Shown: piece by piece, positions 59,725 to 64,000 of the stretch
Numbering within the stretch: the stretch's first letter is position 1
Layout: each line of letters starts with the position of its first letter
Source: Raillietiella orientalis
Lineage: Eukaryota
NCBI GenBank assembly: GCA_036172245.1
Contig: JAYWIR010000001.1
Location: 2,170,001 to 2,234,000, forward strand
Length of the DNA stretch: 64,000 bases
Direction of reading: 5' to 3'
Made by a program: the position numbers and the translations under genes
The notes under the pieces: generated by a model
What the model was told of the DNA's origin: nothing
What the model saw: only the letters and a program-made list of their open reading frames with translations
Databases searched by the model: none

Positions 59725-62700
59725 AACCAGGGTGGGAGGTGCGATCCTCCCCTCCCCAAACGTGGGAGGAACGGACTCCGAGCCTTCCTGGATTCATAGG
59801 GAGGGCCCCTCCCGGGGTGCCCCCTATCTTGAAGAATAACACGCGGCTGGCGTGGAACAGTGTTAAAGAGCCACGTGCGCCGCGAGGCACACGAGGTACT
59901 TAGCGAACCAAAAAAAAGAAACTGAAAAAAAAAATGCTGGAAGGCAAAAAACAGTGAAGACAGAAGAACCCAAAACGATTTCCATCATCCCTAGGCAAAT
60001 AGTATCGATCTCCTCGTGGGGTCGCTACTGGCCTTTTTAAACAAGCAAAACCGGTTTGCTAATCCGATGTTTCTTAATGGGGTTGCTGGCGGGTTTTCCA
60101 TTCATATTTTTTTTGGGTGAGATTGCGAATTCGCGACTGACGTTTTGGGAAGAGCATTTTCAGAAGCGTCTTCATTGCCACCACACACTCACTGCTTTTG
60201 CCGACTGGCGCACAAGGAAGAACGGGATCACCTCACCAGCTTTCTGTGGTTTGCGTTTTTCAAGGCATGACTTCCTTTCCTCAAGACGGTACGGATGCAA
60301 TTCAGCTGATCTTCATCCGCAGTTAAAAATAATTGACCGTGGAGTCCTCTCCGTATAGCAATACCAACATCAGATTGATGCGCTGGCTTGACGAATAAGG
60401 GCATTATACTTGCCGAAGTAGATATCTGGCTGCTAATAGTAATATCCTTTAAATCATTCGACATAAAGGATGAGTAGACCTCTAAGGAGATCCTTCTGGA
60501 GATAAAGGAGATAGCTGTTAGCTAATCTGAAGTAAATCATGAATCAATCGCTTGTTTGATTTTTTTTTTGTATGTACAAAGATAGCTAAAGTAATCCTCG
60601 AAATCAGTTTTGGCGTCATTATCTTTTAGTCTATCGATAAGTATCCACAGATTGAAAAGTTCCTGGAACGAGTACCTCGAGAAAGTGTACAAAAGAAGAG
60701 CTCCATTTTGGAAATCAGGAAGACCAATCCAGCCTCAAGGTTGCTGCTTTCGTCTAATCAGGAGAATCAGTAACACACAGCTCGGTTTTCATTCCAGAGC
60801 ATCCGTTTCCATGCATCTGGGGCTAACGAGGGTGTTCCATACAATGTGTAGTTATTTGTAAGAGAGGGAGAAGACAGGTTCCCATGGCATCAACCCGCTA
60901 GACGTCCGTTCGTGAGCAATTTGCCATCCCCCGTGTCAAATGCTCTCCGGCTTTTCTCCTTACCCTTCTCGATGAAACTTTGAAAGTGCTTTCAAAAGTT
61001 TCTTCGAGACTTCCCCTCACGGGGAGAGGAGAAGAGGGGGAGGGGAATCCAATAGGAAATAGGTAATGCCTTCGTGATTTCCTCTCCAAAGAGTATTGTA
61101 ATTGAAGACTAGCGTACGAAAAACTGTTACGCAGCAGATCTCTTTACTTGCCGCACAGTTCCTGTACGCTTTTCCTTTTTTCAGAAAAAGAATTCTCCTT
61201 TTCAAAAAATCTCGAAGCCATAGTTTCTCCGATACCAACCAGTAGGTTGATGAATGTTGGGATTTTCACGTTACTGTCGAGCTCCTTGTTTATACTTCCG
61301 CGCTGTTAGAGATGACGGAATAGAAGCTCTTTAGAATACAATGCCAACGCTAATCCTCCCAACGTTTTTGATCCTGAAACAAACAGCTCATCTTACACAC
61401 GGTCAACGCCTTGGATGGGAAACTTGGACACGAATGCTGATGACCGTCTGTCAGCTACCATCACGCACACGTGGACGAGCACGGACTTTCCGACTTGCTG
61501 CTTCTTATGGATGCTTGCAGTGATTCCCTTCTTAACTCTGTTCCCAGCACAGCCTCCCCAGCAGTGCGTTTTAAAGGACTTTCTTTCGTGTTCGCGCATA
61601 TATCAGCATTTTCGGAGTTTGCAGCAGGGCTGGAGGCTGCTAGATCTCGAGTGGAACTGCAAAATGCCGCGCGCGCTCCTCATTTTGCAGTGTCAAATGC
61701 AACGGAAGCCCGTTGGAATCGCAGACTTCTCCCGAACGCCCGTGTCATGGATGCAAAGCCTGTTAAAAGCAGAGCTGAAGATCCGGAAAGTGGGTTCAGC
61801 ATCGCTGGACCCACTTTCCGGATGCTCGGTATCTTTCTGTGCACCTGCCTTCAGATTGGTGCCCGACAAGGTGCCGCGCACCCACCCGTCTGTTTGCCAG
61901 AAATGTTCGCGCTCGCCGCACGCGAGCCGGTGGTCGATCCGGTAGCGCTGGGGTGAAGAGCACCACACTCTTCAATGCAACTCCCCGCGGTGTCTGAGGA
62001 GCTGACGAATTCAACGACCGCACACTTTGCTTGACGCACACATCTCTTTGTATTGGTCCCCTCTAATCAAAACTCGATGTAATTTGCTTTCTGATTTGGA
62101 TCGGTCATTTTTGAATGCAAAAATGATCTCCTTCCGGAAAAAGAATCCACTCCAAAAATCGGTATGTTTTTTTCCTTGTTGCCGTTTCGCATTACTATAG
62201 TAATTTGCTTGCTTATCGCCACATCAGTCATGTATGTGAGATGTCCAGAGTACTCGTCGACGAATTTCCATCATAACTGCCGAAGAAGGACTCGTCCTCT
62301 CCCAAGCGAAAGTTTGGAACAACAACAGGAAGCATAAGGAATCCGCTGTTCTCGAAGGCACGTCAGATTCGGGAAAGCCGCTTGATGAGCTGCGTTCCTA
62401 GGGTATCGGAAATATCTCGAGGAACTCGACGTTGCTCACTTTTGCTACCGGGCGAGAGCGCCCATTATAATTGCAAATTGGATGGATACATCGCACGGCT
62501 TCTGGAAAGCGTTCGAGGTCTCGAAGAGTTCCTCCTCGCTTGCGAGTAGACTGATTCATTAACTCCCAGCACTTGTTCCGATAGAGGTAATTGATTGGAA
62601 AAAAGGCGGAAGCGGGAACGGTCGTAGAGAAACTATGGACATCAGGGCGATATAATCTAATGATTCGTCAGATCAGCTCGGGAAACTGCTGTAAACAGGG

Positions 62701-64000
62701 GAAAATGGCGCAGCGTTCAAGTGCTCGCGTCTTCGTAAATTCCTCCTGCTAAGACAGTGGAAAGGAGAATCGATATGGACCTTTTTTTCCGCAACCATCC
62801 AAAACAGATATGCATCCAGCTTCGCGCCAGCAATCGGTGCCTCAGGGAGCGGCTAAGATCGTGGCACCAGAACAGTAAAATGGTATTGCTGATTCGATGA
62901 TGCGGCGTTGTTAACTGTGTTGAATATGAAGACAATTGAGTCAGTTTTGAACCTTTCTGCAAATGAGAAGACAATCCGCAGAATGAAAGGCACGGCTCAT
63001 CTTACCCAAAGTCCTGTTTTCTCTCAGCATGCTACCCGGAATACTTTGCTTTGAGGCATCCCGGATAGTGTTTCTGGGAAGATTTAACAGCCCACCCGTT
63101 CCGCGTTCCTTGCTGTGTGCTAATTTTTCGCATATCGGAACGTGCGGTACCTGCCGAGATTGTGGACCGGAAATTTTATTTCAAACCCTCCCAAGCTGCT
63201 CGGGATTTTCAGAAGACAAGGAGCAGCTGAGGGAACATCATTCGTGCTGATTCCTAATCTTGCAAACTCAGGAGCCATTCTTGATTTACCGTGAACATCA
63301 GAAGTCATAAAGCTCTTTCCTGAGTTGTTGGAAGGCTTTGTTAATGAAGACAGAAAACTTTGGATCAAGTATGCTTTTCATATTGATGACGCGACCTCCT
63401 TTGCGCGTCCGTTGCATTCAGCTCTTTCCGTTCCATGCTGGTGTGAACAAGAAGCATTCTTTCTGTGCGTGCAAAACTCTCAGAAGGTAGAAGGCGGAAG
63501 CATTCTTTCCAGACTTTCCCTCGATCGGCTGCGAAAATTAACAGGTCTCTTGCGCTCCTGAGTAAGTAGGTCGAGTCTGTGATCTTCAACACGCTTCACC
63601 TTCCCGGGCAGCTGTGACGTTTTGAAATCCGAGAGAGCTCAGACTCCAGGACGCGCGTCTGAGAAGCTGCTGCTACTCGATGGTTTCACTTTCAACTTGA
63701 AATAATATGAAAGGAATCCGTTTTTCCTTTCTTCACTCTCGCCCCAAGTCTCGTCCTTGTCCGCATCTCAGTCAGCAAAACTACCGGGCTTTTCTGCAGT
63801 TCCTCTAAGACGACAGGTGCGGAATGCTCTTCAAGATTCTCGGAGCTGCAATTATGGATTTTTTTTTCTTTGTGGAAGGATTTCCAAATATCGAAGGAAA
63901 CTCTTGGGAACTGCCAAAGTGTTGATGCCAAGCAGTATCCATGGAAATGTTGCTTTCCCCCAAGATGAGTGCAGACTGTGTTAGAGGTAGCTGCAATTGG

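Overview
Eukaryotic (probably invertebrate animal) genomic DNA. I see no prokaryotic operons, CRISPR arrays or intact long genes, and most entries in the ORF track are chance or antisense ORFs. The left edge holds the 5' exons of a minus-strand, probably SAP30BP-like host gene. About 4.7-31.6 kb is a GC-rich nest of decayed non-LTR retrotransposons, mostly one L1/Tx1-like group. It includes a near full-length copy at ~13.0-19.9 kb (zinc-knuckle ORF1; APE endonuclease, RT and CCHC ORF2), many 5'-truncated or nested copies, one restriction-endonuclease-like (NeSL/Utopia-type) fragment and one mariner fragment. More copies lie at 44.8-46.0, 48.9-51.4 and 53.1-53.9 kb. There are also two copies of a pogo/Tigger-like MITE, a ~98% identical 552-bp duplication and a tRNA-derived SINE head. 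The most interesting signal is a structured 3' end shared by ten LINE copies from divergent subfamilies: AATAAA, then a CCCGG-N5-CCGGG hairpin, then only a very short A-rich tail. Two upstream hairpins show compensatory changes. ORF1 and ORF2 also join in frame through a conserved stop-TGC-start. The lower-GC stretches at 1.1-4.3, 31.6-34.8, 37.3-44.7 and 51.4-64 kb have exon-like signals that I could not assign. All alignments were done by eye, so boundaries of decayed elements are approximate.
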